Part shown: in pieces, positions 22,591-35,585 of the stretch
Position numbering within the stretch: the stretch's first letter is position 1
Layout of the letters: every line of letters begins with the position of its first letter
NCBI GenBank assembly: GCA_051294375.1
Contig: CM119264.1
Coordinates: 25,661,662 to 25,725,661 of the forward strand
Direction: 5' to 3'
Length of the DNA stretch: 64,000 nucleotides
Source of the DNA: Paraspadella gotoi
Taxonomy: Eukaryota > Animalia > Chaetognatha
The notes under the pieces: generated by a model
What the model saw: only the letters and a program-made list of their open reading frames with translations
Database searches by the model: none
Told to the model about the DNA's origin: nothing
Made by a program: the position numbers and the translations under genes

Positions 22591-24709
22591 ACTTAAATGT
22601 CGGTGAAATTCACAACTCGTCTCGATTTTAACTTTTAGTTTCATTATGGCAACGGGAGGAATGCTTGTGATACAAGTACAAATAAATAAATCTAAATGTC
22701 AACTCAACGGTGTAATTCANNNNNNNNNNNNNNNNNNNNNNNNNNNNNNNNNNNNNNNNNNNNNNNNNNNNNNNNNNNNNNNNNNNNNNNNNNNNNNNNN
22801 NNNNNNNNNNNNNNNNNNNNNNNNNNNNNNNNNNNNNNNNNNNNNNNNNNNNNNNNNNNNNNNNNNNNNNNNNNNNNNNNNNNNNNNNNNNNNNNNNNNN
22901 NNNNNNNNNNNNNNNNNNNNNNNNNNNNNNNNNNNNNNNNNNNNNNNNNNNNNNNNNNNNNNNNNNNNNNNNNNNNNNNNNNNNNNNNNNNNNNNNNNNN
23001 NNNNNNNNNNNNNNNNNNNNNNNNNNNNNNNNNNNNNNNNNNNNNNNNNNNNNNNNNNNNNNNNNNNNNNNNNNNNNNNNNNNNNNNNNNNNNNNNNNNN
23101 NNNNNNNNNNNNNNNNNNNNNNNNNNNNNNNNNNNNNNNNNNNNNNNNNNNNNNNNNNNNNNNNNNNNNNNNNNNNNNNNNNNNNNNNNNNNNNNNNNNN
23201 NNNNNNNNGTAGAGAGTCACGGCGCCGGACTCCGACTCCAACAATAAACAATCTTTAAAACCCTTAACCCGGCGCCTTCCGGCAAATCAATCCNNNNNNN
23301 NNNNNNNNNNNNNNNNNNNNNNNNNNNNNNNNNNNNNNNNNNNNNNNNNNNNNNNNNNNNNNNNNNNNNNNNNNNNNNNNNNNNNNNNNNNNNNNNNNNN
23401 NNNNNNNNNNNNNNNNNNNNNNNNNNNNNNNNNNNNNNNNNNNNNNNNNNNNNNNNNNNNNNNNNNNNNNNNNNNNNNNNNNNNNNNNNNNNNNNNNNNN
23501 NNNNNNNNNNNNNNNNNNNNNNNNNNNNNNNNNNNNNNNNNNNNNNNNNNNNTGTGATTTATTTGTCTTTGTTGTTGTTGTTCTGACAGTAATGGTAATT
23601 TAAGATTTTAAAAAGGAAGCTTGTACGAAACCTTAGCAATATAGAGATCGAGCCAGTCATTGCCATTTTTCGGTAGGTGCGATATTGAATTTTATTTTAA
23701 TTTATAATTATCATTTTTTTTTCTTTAGATGAATTGATAATGGGTCTAAAACTTATTATAATAGATTTTTTTTTCTGTTTTGCAATGACGGGCACATGTC
23801 GGTGAAGGGGGTAGAAAGTGATAAATGGAAGGCGAGTGACCCTCGAATAGTGAGCGACTATGATGGCAATGCGATGTCATTCTCCATTTTAATTAATGGC
23901 GTCGAATTTAATCCAAGAAGGGTGGCGAGAGAGTTACCAAGCAAAGGCGAAGCAATGCAATTTGCCAGCGCCATTGATGGTGGAGAATTGAAGTCGACGA
24001 GTGGAGACGAAGGGGGGGGAGAGGGAAAGGCGAGAAATCCGCGTTTGAGGCAGGAGGCTTCGGAAATTTGAATTTCAGAATCGGATTAAACTCGATTCTT
24101 TTCTTCGCCTTAATATCATTTGTCAGGAAGCCCCTTTCTCGATGCAAACCTTTCTTCGTCTCAGTTTCCATCTCGAGGTTTCGACGGAACGAGAAAGACG
24201 AAGATAAAATGAAGAAAAAGTTTATGAAAACAACCAAAAAAATGAGGAGGGAGGGAGAAGAATTTCTCGGGGGACTTTATTTGAAAACAACAAACTATTA
24301 ACATGTCAAAAAAAAAACCTATAACGAAACAAAACAACGTAATAAAAAGGCAAAAAAAAAAAAATTCAAAACATTGAAAAAATGTAGATGGAAGAAAAGA
24401 ACTAGGAAAAACTAACAAAATATCGATAGTTTGTTATAAACAAACAAGACCGTTTATTCTGGAAAAAAAAAATTAAAGTTTGTCGAGTTTTCCTATCTCT
24501 TTTCTTTGTAACAATTCTCATTGATTTTTGTTTTCTTTCTATTTCCATGTAGATTTCCTCTTTGTCCTGCTCTGTCCAATGTCCTCTTTTCCACACCCTA
24601 CGACAATGTCCTCTTCTTTCGGCTTTGTCCCATTACTTGGGAAGTCATTAGTGAAAAAAAATTATTCTCGCTCTTTTCGTTCAGTTTCTTTCATTTCTTC
24701 TTTGCCTTT

Positions 24710-24924
24710 CTCTTTGTATTCCTGTTCTTTCTCAAAGTTCAATGTCCTTTTTCTTTGTCCTAATCCCCCCATCTCCCCATCTCTTTGTATTCCTGTTCTT
24801 TCTCAGAGTTCAATGTCCTTTTTCTTTGTCCTAAACCCCCCATCTCCCCATCTTAATGTATTCCTGTTCTTTCTCAAAGTTTTATGTCCTTTTTCTTTGT
24901 CCTAAACCGCCCCCATCTCCCCAT
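24710..24924. repeat. 71-bp tandem repeat, 3 copies
   Basis: Units start at 24710, 24781 and 24852 (..tgtattcctgttctttctcaaagttcaatgtcctttttctttgtcctaa.cccccatctccccat). Confidence 0.93.
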
Positions 24925-25525
24925 TCACTCTTCTTATTCCCCTCTGTCATTCCTCAGCTCATATTTTCACTTCCTCATATATTTCCCTCTTCCTCCTCCT
25001 CCTCCTCCTCCTCCTAATCAGCCTCCGTCACTTTTCTGATTTGTACCGACTGCCATCTTTTTCCATTTCCGGTTCTGCCGGAGAGGAGGGGCGAAAGTGT
25101 CCAGGGGTCGGCGACCGCGCGAGCCGCCGAGTCGCCGCCCGCGTTCGTTCGTCATCCGCGACGCCATTTAATCCTTTTTCCCTTTCGCCAATTGCGTTGA
25201 CTCCAACTCCAGAGATCACTCGCTCTCATTCTTGTTTTTTTTTTGTCACGTGATCTACGATGCGACGGATCGCTACCATATCCACCACGTCTCATTTCGC
25301 GTACCAGATACTCTCTGCCATTTCCTCTTTTTCTCGTTTGCCACTATTTTCCCTCTTTTACCACGCAAACCCCACCCACACTTCCCCCCTTCCACCATCT
25401 CAATCGCCAAAATTTCTCCGCTGGTTTTCATAATCTCCTCTTCCCCCCCCCTGCCGCCCTCCCTCTTCTTTATCGCGCATCTCCCTTTTCGCTCGTAAGA
25501 TCATCGCGTGATTCATCATCAATCA

Positions 25526-25557
<32 letters not shown>

Positions 25558-25635
25558 TAAAGCGTCGACATCTTCGTTTACCTGTCAACCTCCAAGCCCA
25601 TATATCTCCCTTTGCCCTCGACACCATGATGCCCG

Positions 25636-25693
25636 TTGACCGACACCGAGAGCCTCATTGACCGACACCGTTGAGTCTCATTGACCGACATCA
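25636..25693. repeat. 22-23 bp tandem repeat (ttgaccgacaccg..gag.ctca), about 2.5 copies
   Basis: ttgaccgaca occurs at 25636, 25658 and 25681. Confidence 0.8.
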
Positions 25694-27425
25694 ACGCTAA
25701 CGTCGCCTCATCATCTCATTTTCCATCGACTTTAATCGCGTCTCGTTGTTGTTGTTGTCATTCGATGTCATCAAAAACAACAACAACAACAACATCTACT
25801 GCTAAAACATAATCAGGTGTTTTAATCGCGAAAAAAAATATATGGAAATACATTAATAGTATACGCGACAAAGATGGATTGAATATTCTGAATAGCTTAA
25901 TGATGAAGTTGAAACTTTTTACATACTTCCAAGTATATTAATTGATAAATGACTTCGCTAAACATAAAATATTCGGTTTTCATCTTAATTTCCTTTTCGT
26001 GGTCGCTTTTCTTTTCCCCCTTATTTTTCTTCTCTTCTCTACTCTCCCCTTTTCTTTCCTCGACTTCTCTCCCTCTCCTCTTCTTTACTCTCCTCTCTTC
26101 CCCTTCCCCCGACCTCCCCCCATCCTCCCCCATCCTCCCCCATCCTCCCCCCTCACCTTGGACGCCAAGAGGTGGGCGTGGGGGTTTTGCTCCATGACGT
26201 CGTAGGTGGAGTGAGGCGCCAAATCCTTGAAGTGCCACAGTGTCGTCGTCGTCGTCGTCGTCGGCGGAACGATCCCGTCGAAAGGGACGAACGCTTCGCC
26301 ATCTAACGTCGAGGGGCGGAAGTAACCGTCGTCCTAAGGGGAAGTAGAATAAGGGTAAGGGGTAAAAAAGAGGTAAGGACAAGAAGAGGGACAATATCTG
26401 TGAAGGTTAAGTTTCATAGAGTGAGAAAAAAAACTATTTTTTTTTCATTTTGTAACGTACAGTATTATTTATTCTTTACTATTTATTTACTATTTTGCTT
26501 TTAGAATTTCCCTTTAAAGCGGTATCAACAACTGACAAATCTGATTAAAAATCGACCTAAATTTAAACAATTTTTCCCTCTTTTTTTCTTTCGGCAAAAC
26601 ACTCTCGTTTCTTTGATGTCGTTTTTCCTCCTTTGAAATTTCTCTCACAAATTTCTTTTTTTTTTCTCTCGAGCGCCATCTAAGGCCATACGCCACGAAT
26701 GTTTACGCCAGAGAGTTGATGAGATTTTGCGAATTCGACGCCCCTTCACGCCCTCTGGCCCACCCTCGTGCCACCCTCGTACCACCCCGGTGCCACCCTC
26801 TTCGCCATATGCCACTGTTATCCTCTCGAGAGACGTACGCCGCCGCCGTCGCGAGGGCTCCCCCTCTTTGTTCTCGATCTCGCGCTGCACCAACGCCTCC
26901 CTTTTCACTGTCGGCCAATGACGCTTTTTCAGTATCCCTTCCACGAGTTACCGCTAGATATTCACAGCCGTTAGTTTCAAACATTCACTGTCGTCACGGA
27001 CTCACGCCTCCCAATTGCCTCAGTTCCCTCAGCACTTTCCTCACCTTTTTTCTTAAAACAAATATCACGTCCCTTCTCTTCGTTTTACTGTTTTTCCTTT
27101 TGGCGAACCCATCACTCCTTGTGCTTCTTACTTTCCAACCAAATCTTTGACTCTAACACCTCATTCCTTCGCAATCTGATCCAAAAACTTACCCTCTTCT
27201 CCGCCGCCTTCTCTCGACCCTCACCTCATACCTCACCCCGACTCTTTCCCTCACCCTCTCACCACGCCCTCTACATCAAAGGATCAACATCGGGGACCTC
27301 TGGAGGGAAAAACGCGTCGAGGGACCAGGAAAACCCTCGAGAAGGAAAATAACAAAAGGGAAATGTCGGGAAAAAAGGATAGAGACAGAGTGGGAGAACA
27401 AAGATGGAGACAGAGCGGCAGAACC

Positions 27426-28348
27426 TTCAGAAGAGAGCAGAAGAGGAGAAAGAGAGAAGAGGGAGAGAGAGAGAGAGCTAAACGTCTTCTAAGGAGACGA
27501 ATAAGGCGAAACGTCAAAAACCCGTTTTCCGGTTCGAAAGCGAAGATAAAACCGGGGAAAACGCCACGAAAAAGAGAGAGAGAAGAGAGAGAGAGACGAG
27601 ATGAGGAGAGAGAAGGAGAGAGAGGAGAGAGANNNNNNNNNNNNNNNNNNNNNNNNNNNNNNNNNNNNNNNNNNNNNNNNNNNNNNNNNNNNNNNNNNNN
27701 NNNNNNNNNNNNNNNNNNNNNNNNNNNNNNNNNNNNNNNNNNNNNNNNNNNNNNNNNNNNNNNNNNNNNNNNNNNNNNNNNNNNNNNNNNNNNNNNNNNN
27801 NNNNNNNNNNNNNNNNNNNNNNNNNNNNNNNNNNNNNNNNNNNNNNNNNNNNNNNNNNNNNNNNNNNNNNNNNNNNNNNNNNNNNNNNNNNNNNNNNNNN
27901 NNNGAAGATGAGAGCGAGAGAAAAGGAAGAATGCGGAGGACGGGAAGGAAGAGAGGAGAAAAAGGAAGATGGTAAAAGAGAGAAACAAAAGAGAGAAAGA
28001 TAAAGTGAGAGAGGAGGAAAGAAAATGAAAGAGAGGAGACGACGAGAGAGAGAGAGAGAGGAGAGCCAACGCGAGAGAGAAGAGCGTGAGGAGAGAGAGG
28101 AGGACTGAAGAGACAGACGAGGAGGAGAGAGAGCAGAGAAAGATCTAAAATGATGAAGCGTCCTGATTACGATCTTTTCCCCCCCCCTGACGTGTGTTCC
28201 GTGTGGCGGGTTTGTGTGTGTCTCGTTCCACGGCCGATGAGGGCCGCTAACGTTTAAAGAAGAGAGTGAGACACGACAGAGAAGAGAGAGAGAGAGAGGA
28301 GGAGACGGGGAGAGAATAGGGGAGAGAGAGAGAGAGAGAGGAGAGGAC

Positions 28349-28385
<37 letters not shown>

Positions 28386-28449
28386 CAGAGAGAGAAGAGA
28401 AGAGTGTGATGAGAGAGAGAGAGAGAAGAGAGAGAGAGAAGAGAGAGAA

Positions 28450-28491
<42 letters not shown>

Positions 28492-30372
28492 AAGTCCGGG
28501 AAACATTCAACTTAACGTTTGCTTCTTAATACTCGTCGGAATTAGCAAATCTGAGCTCTGGAAAGACGAGAGTCTGTAGGGGCGTCGTCGTGACCGGCTG
28601 TGTCGTCGTCGTCGTCGTCGTCGTCGTCATCGTCGTTCTCTTCGTCGTCGTCGTCGTCATCGTCGTCCTTTTCGTCGTCGTCATAATCGTTAGCAGTAGG
28701 CTGCCCTCGGGTTTTTATTTTTAGTTCGAAGTTCGATCGTAAAATCTCTCTCCGATTTTTTCGAGTTTTATTAGGTGCTTTGGCGACGGGGCATTTTATT
28801 ACTGACCTCGCTATGCATACGTAATATCGATTTTTCGATGCGGTAATGTTCTCACACTTTGCTAGAGGCGATATATATACGTTGCTGAGATTACATTGGC
28901 CAATCTTATTTTTTTGAATAAATAAATAGGATATTATCATAAACTTATTTTAATAAATGGGGAATGATATTTAAAATTGTTTAATGTTCCGCAGCATAAA
29001 ACAAGCGGCAATCTTTTTGTACAGTTTGTCCGAGTGTTATTCTGTTTGAAAAAATTAGTTTTAAACGTATTTTAAATCTTCTTTATGAAGCAACATAGAG
29101 TGATTTTCCCAAGAAGCAATTATATTCGCTTATACTACTTCATAGCCTCCTCAAAAGAGAGNNNNNNNNNNNNNNNNNNNNNNNNNCATCTATGGTGGCG
29201 TCGGCGGGGGTGCGTCGGCGAGCGGCGTGTCCTTCGCGGTTTGCGCCGGGCGTCTGGATTATATGTTCCGCTTTAAAGCGCCCTTTTTCCGCCGACAACG
29301 AGCGCGAAATGTCATGTTTTAGACTCGCTTTTCTCTCTCTCTCTCGTCTCTCTCTCTCTCTCTCCCTCTCTCTCCTCTCCCCTCTCTCTCTTCTCCTCCT
29401 CTCTCTATCTCCTCTCTCTCTCTCTCCTCTCTCTCTTTTGAAGGAGGCTAAATGAAAGTAGTATAAGCGAATATAATTGCTGTCTTGGGAAATCACTCTA
29501 TTTGCTTCATAAAGAAGATTTAAAACGTTTAAAACTAATTTTTTTCAAAACAGAATAACAACTGGACAAACTGTACAAAAAAATATTCCGCTTGTTTTTA
29601 TGCTGCGGAACATTAAACAATTTTTAAAGTATCATTCCGCATTTTATTAAAATAAGTTTATGATAATATCCTAATTTATTTATTCAAAAAATTTAAAATT
29701 GGGCCAAGTAATCTCAGCCACGTATATATATCGCCTCTAGCAAAGTGTGAGAAACATTACCGCATCGAAAAATCGAATTCGTATGCATAGCGAGGTCAGT
29801 AATAAAAATGCCCGCGCCAAAGCACCTAATAAAACTCGAAAAAAATCCGGAGAGAGATTTTTACGATCAACTTCGAACTAAAAAATAAAACCCGAGGGCA
29901 GCCTACTCTGCTAACGATTATGACGACGACGAAAAAGGACGACGATGACGCGACGACGACGACGAAGAGACGACGATGACGAGACGACGAAAACAACGAC
30001 GACGACACAGCCGGTCACGACGACGCCCCCTACAGAATCTCGTCTTTCCAGAGCTCAGATTTGCTAAATTCCGACGAGTATTAAGAAGCAACGTTAAGTT
30101 GAAATGTTCCCGGAACTTTCATCTCTCTCTCTCTCTCTCCTCTCTCTCTCTGTCACTCTCTCTCTCTCTCTCCTCTCTCTCCTTCTCTCTCCTCATCTCG
30201 TCTCTCTCTCTCTTCTCTCTCTCTTTTTCGTGGCGTTTTCCCCGGTTTTATCTTCGCTTTCGAACCGGAAAACGGGTTTTTGACGTTTCGCCTTATTCGT
30301 CTCCTTAGAAGACGTTTAGCTCTCTCTCTCTCTCCCTCTTCTCTCTTTCTCCTCTTCTGCTCTCTTCTGAAG
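27426..30372. repeat. Large inverted duplication flanking a 25-N gap (27426-27630 vs 30160-30372; 28480-29161 vs 29430-30125)
   Basis: Outer arms appear exactly complementary (cttcagaagagagcag..acgccacgaaaaag vs ctttttcgtggcg..ctgctctcttctgaag). Inner arms differ by scattered indels. The gap is at 29162-29186. Confidence 0.9.
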
Positions 30373-30529
30373 ACGCTCCTTGCCGACGCTCCTTGCCGAC
30401 GCACTGACAACGTTGTGTCGACCCTTCATACCCATCGAGGCTCCTTCTCAACCTTACTAACAAAATCTGACTGAAAAAAAAAATGACTGAAATACTAGGT
30501 ATTTATATATTTTTTTAAATATTTTTTTG

Positions 30530-30631
30530 CTTGTTTCTTTCTTTCTTTCTTTCTATCTTTCTATCTTTCTATCTTTCTTTCTTTCTATCTTTCTATCTCT
30601 CTATCTTTCTTTCTTTCTATCTTTCTATCTC

Positions 30632-30702
<71 letters not shown>
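30530..30702. repeat. (TTTC)n/(TATC)n compound microsatellite
   Basis: Visible tetranucleotide array. Confidence 0.95.
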
Positions 30703-30703
<1 letters not shown>

Positions 30704-31900
30704 TTTTTCTCTTTTTTTTATTCCTTTCATTCACTATCTTACTATTTTTTTCTGTCTCCTTCTCTGTCTCGATTTTTTTCCTCCTTTTTCCTTTAAGTTN
30801 NNNNNNNNNTTTTTTATCTTTTATTCTGTGTCCTTCTTTTTTGTCGAAACTCGAAACTCAGACTCGGCAACCGCTTCTCAATTTTCAATCTGTTTTCTTT
30901 TCATTGTCAATTTTTAGTTAAATCTTTTATTCAAAATTAAAATTCGTTTTTTTCTCTTTTGGCTTCGACATGATTTCATGATTTCAACTTTAATTTTTTT
31001 AATTTTTTTTAATACTAAAACCTGATCAGTTTAATTCTTTCTTTCTGTCTCTTTCTCTCTCTTTCTCTCTCTTTCTCTCTCTCNNNNNNNNNNNNNNNNN
31101 NNNNNNNNNNNNNNNNNNNNNNNNNNNNNNNNNNNNNNNNNNNNNNNNNNNNNNNNNNNNNNNNNNNNNNNNNNNNNNNNNNNNNNNNNNNNNNNNNNNN
31201 NNNNNNNNNNNNNNNNNNNNNNNNNNNNNNNNNNNNNNNNNNNNNNNNNNNNNNNNNNNNNNNNNNNNNNNNNNNNNNNNNNNNNNNNNNNNNNNNNNNN
31301 NNNNNNNNNTTCTCTCTTGAACCGTCGCGAACCCACTTTGCCTCACGCAAAAATCTTTGACATCATGAGACTTTTTTCTCTTTTTCAAGGAATAAGAAGA
31401 AGAAAAAAAACTTGATGGAAGCGAGGACGAATCCTTGGCCGCGAGACCTCACTCCCCCAAACGCGAGTGGAAAAGTCGAGCTGACTCTCCCTCTCATTCG
31501 CCCTCTCCGTCTCTTCCTCTTTCTCTCCCTCTCACTCTTTTTCTCTCTCTTTCTCCTTCCATGTCTTCTTATCGTTCTCTCCCTTTGCCCTGCAGTCTCG
31601 CCTCCTCGCTCCCCTTTTTCCACAATAGCGAGAAAAGACTAAAACACAGACAAAGATAGACAGAGAGACAGTAAGACGGACCGAAATACAGACAGAGAGA
31701 CTGGCGGATATGCAATGAAATTTCTACCGTCTTTTCTTCTTTCTCCCTTCTCTCCTCTCATCTCTCCTTATCATCATATACTTTTCATTCACAAACCCCC
31801 TCCTCTTCCTCCTCATCCTCCAAAGAGGCTTCGGTCGACACGTCTCCATGTTGAACCAAATCCTCCAGAAATGAAGCTTCGAAGCGGAAGGGGAGTTTTT

Positions 31901-31955
<55 letters not shown>

Positions 31956-32016
31956 TTCAGCGGCGGCGGCGGCGGCCACGGCGTCAGCGGCGTCAGCGGC
32001 GTCAGCGGCGTCAGCG
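31901..32016. repeat. (CGG)18 + (CGG)5 trinucleotide repeat followed by (GCGTCAGCG)4
   Basis: Read directly from the sequence. The two CGG runs are interrupted at 31955-31960. Confidence 0.95.
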
Positions 32017-32557
32017 GCCCTCGCGCGTCGTGGCCGCCAATCGAATCCGCGCGGAAAGAAAAACCGAGAATGCAAAGAATTTTCTCTTTTTATTTTATTT
32101 TTTATTTTTTTTTAGGGGGGGGTGTAGTGGGAGTGGGTGAAGATGTGTGTTCTTTGTGTGAGAGACTTTGTGTGTGAGGGAAGAGAAACCGGATTTGAAT
32201 TTTATTCGAACCATAAACAAATTTTATTCGATGAGTGTAGGTAACAAAGAAAATCATGATGCAAGCAGTCGCGGCAAAGGTAAACAGAAAGATTGTTTTA
32301 AAAGTATTGCGTTGTCTGTGTCCGGTAAATATTTGCACGATTAGAAAGCAATTGTCAAATTGACAAGCGTTTAATTTTGGCCAAGCTGTTAAATTTTAAT
32401 GCAAGTCATAAATTATTCAATAAAAAAGACATCTCACGATGTTGGAAACTGGGTAAAATGTTTAAAATACAAAGTACATATTTGATATTTCGTAGATATT
32501 TCGAAAATACTAAAATAATAAGAATAATGGTAATAAATTAACGATAAACGAGACCGA

Positions 32558-32761
32558 CTAGACCGAGCAAACCGCAGAGGCTGACGACCTAATCTGACGA
32601 GCGTCGGTCGAGCGAAAACATCTGAGTTGCGTTGAAGTCGATTTCTGGTCAGAGATAATTTGAGGCGAGAGTTCACGCGCCGTCAAATCACTTTGCGCCG
32701 TTTTCACATCACTCGGGATTTTGGCCTCGTTAGCCTCATTGATTGTAAATATTCGGTGAAG
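32558..32761 (-). CDS. Candidate terminal coding exon (67 aa + stop), unknown product
   Basis: The acceptor ttatag| is followed by the open phase-0 frame LHRIFTINEANEAKIPSDVKTAQSDLTARELSPQIISDQKST..SASAVCSV*. The phase is compatible with the exon at 34616-34745. The acceptor is weak and there is no codon bias. Confidence 0.2.
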   Translation of the reverse strand, partial: LHRIFTINEANEAKIPSDVKTAQSDLTARELSPQIISDQKSTSTQLRCFRSTDARQIRSSASAVCSV

Positions 32762-33788
32762 CTATAATAGTAATTTACAGCTGTATTTTAGGTATAAACC
32801 AATGTCGAAATAAATAAAGTTAAATTAATTGCGTATCATTAAATTAAACCGTTGTTTTGATATTGCTGTGATGCGTAACTATTGTGAATCATTGCTTCCT
32901 ATAACTGATCCTCCAGTTTCATGAATTCATTAATCGGCTCATTCTCGAACTCTTTTAATATTTGCCACTCTGAATTGACCGCCTAAATTTGCTCTTTTTT
33001 TATTCTCATACTTTTGCAATTTCGGAGTTCAGTTGCGGATCTGTCACTCGTGGCACACAAACAAAGGCAAAAATTGTTTGATTGTACAATACCTTCTTCT
33101 GCTTCAAGCTGATCAATTTATTCACAGCTACCCTCACGCTATCCCGTTCTTGCATCATCCATGGCCATTGGCCACTCACTCTCCACACTCAGTGTCTATT
33201 CACAGCTCGCTTTATAATCTCGGATTCTCACAGCGGCCTTCCTTCAATCACTGACCGCTCAGCATTCACACTCGGCTCTGGGTCTCACGGCTTCACAGCC
33301 CCGGCATCCCATTCGCCCCTCCCCTCCTCTCCTCGAGATCTCGTAAACCCGTGACTGACGCGCGTTCACCCTTGACCGCGCTCATCGCTCCCGATGCAAA
33401 AAAAAAAAGGGAGAGGAAAAATCCCCTCGGAATTTGGGCGCGAATCTCGGCGAGGAAAACCGCCAAAGTCGACGAAGAGGTCGTTAGGGGTCGTGAGGGG
33501 CGTGGAGAGAGGCAGGGGGGCGTGGATGGGAATGTGGAGGTGGCGAAGGACGAGTTGGGGAGGGGTTGAGAGAGTGCAGGGGCTTGGAAAAAAGATATTC
33601 CGGAACAGAGAGAGACTTCGAAAAGGCGATAATAATGCGCAATGGAAAAGTAGTGAGGACTGAGATTGTGGTAACATATATTACTTTGTGAATTAAAAGA
33701 GTGAATTAGCCCTATTTTATCGGTTTTATCGGTTTTTTTAATATATATTATTGAATTATATAATATACATCCGTTGTACCAATTTCAT

Positions 33789-33833
33789 GGAGTGAATGAG
33801 GACCTGGGAGTGAATGAGGACCTGGGAGTGAAA
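33789..33833. repeat. 18-bp tandem repeat (ggagtgaatgaggacctg) x2.5
   Basis: Read directly from the sequence. Confidence 0.85.
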
Positions 33834-34615
33834 TGAACTGAATCGATATCGACGGAATGGAATTGGGACGCGGAAGCTGTGAAGACTGAAGAGAAGCGAC
33901 TGAGAATGACCCCGAATCCGGATGCGCTTTCGAAAGCATTTAACAGGTCGATAGGGATTCGACCCGGATTTATGGAGAAAAATGAAGGAGGATCTTTGAA
34001 AGCCTTTATTCATTTTTTCCCCTATTTTTTTTCTGGAAGCTTCTGGAAACTTCTTGAACAATAAATGGTCACTGACAACTTGATATCATATTAAAATCTT
34101 ATATAACATGGCAAATAAAATTAAAACCACTCTAGATGAATCCGTAATTTTCTTTAGGACAAAACAATTATTCTAAGTAAATTACACAATCACCTGTAAT
34201 GTTTTAACATACATCAATATTCAGAATTGTCACAACTCACAACGTAAGAAAGCACAAATAAATTATATTTCCTTGAATGAGGACAAATTTTTATTTTATT
34301 TCTATTTATCAGTTTCTCGGGGTCAGCTATTTCCTGTTTTTCAAATAAAGTCCTATCAGAATATTTCTCGTCCTGCACATTAATTCACTCATTACATGGC
34401 AAAATATTAATAAATGTATAAATAAAAACATAATAAATATTCTAAATTTCGGATGATTAAACTGATAAGGAAAGTTGAAAGATATTCGGCAATATGCAGA
34501 TGAGATTTAAGGTCAAGAAGCTGTTTGTCATCGTTTAATAACAAATTTGGTTAATTATTTAGATTCATAATTTAGCTTAGGTGTCTGAGATCACAAAATT
34601 GACCAAGCAACTCAC

Positions 34616-34745
34616 CGCGGACATGATGTGGGTCGTGCCGTGGAGGGGCTGCGCGTGCCCGTTGAGGCTCCACGTCATCGTGCCCGAAGTTTGGATGGTG
34701 GACGCGGGGCCGCTCCATCGCCGAGCCTCGCAGATGGCGCCGCGT
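34616..34745 (-). CDS. Internal coding exon (130 nt), unknown protein: RGAICEARRWSGPASTIQTSGTMTWSLNGHAQPLHGTTHIMSA
   Basis: Polypyrimidine tract and acceptor ...ccctccgtctgcccttcag|, donor ccgcg|gtgagt. It is a GC-rich island in AT-rich flanks. In this frame about 9 in 10 codons end in G/C. Confidence 0.7.
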
Positions 34746-35248
34746 CTGAAGGGCAGACGGAGGGGGAGGTGGAGAATTAGGGAAGGGCAACGAACCAAGT
34801 AGTTTCCGATCTGAGGTTGTGTCCGAAAACTTTCTCGATTAAAACTCGATAACAAATTTTATTAATGACATCGGATTGGAAAAGCTTGGCTTCGCTTCGA
34901 CATCCGAGGTCAGGAGAGAGGGTTTACGAGGGAGAGGAAAAGAGGATCGTGATTTGAAAGAGAGGAAGAAGGTTGGGCGGATGGTGAATTCACGGTTGGA
35001 GGGAATGGGGTGAATTATGGTTTGTGATTTAATGAGAGGGACATTGGTTGTGAATTTATTTATTTTTGTGCGTTGGAATTATAATTTATAAGTAAAATTA
35101 ACACAAAGAGCGGAATGAAAAGAAATGAGATGTTTGGTGGAGTTTTTGTGATTTTAGTTCACGATGAAGGAGTTGCTTTTGAGTCAAGACTCGCGAAAGA
35201 TGGACTGCAGTTTCGGAATCCTGTTATCAGAAAAGGTGGAAGTCGATA

Positions 35249-35249
<1 letters not shown>

Positions 35250-35325
<76 letters not shown>
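35250..35325. repeat. (GA)n microsatellite, representative of many (35521-35579, 37031-37115, 38520-38640, 40191-40284, 42360-42447, 43860-44009)
   Basis: Pure or nearly pure GA/CT runs. Confidence 0.95.
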
Positions 35326-35326
<1 letters not shown>

Positions 35327-35520
35327 ATTCGAGAGGAAAGAGGGCAATAAGATTTTTAGAAGATTGATGGAGAGTGATTGAAAAATGTTTTTGAAGATTA
35401 GATAAGGAGAGAGATTGGTAAAGTACTGAAACGGAAGATGAGATGAAATTTTTCGGTCTATGCTGTAGTAAACAGATGACACCAAGACACAGATACTGCA
35501 AAGGAGGAGGTGAACAGAGT

Positions 35521-35585
<65 letters not shown>

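Noticed and set aside
33118-33300. Repeated tcacagc resembling a miR-2/miR-13 cluster
   Set aside because: No complementary 5' arms (gctgtga) to form hairpins, no full mature-sequence match, and no miR-71.
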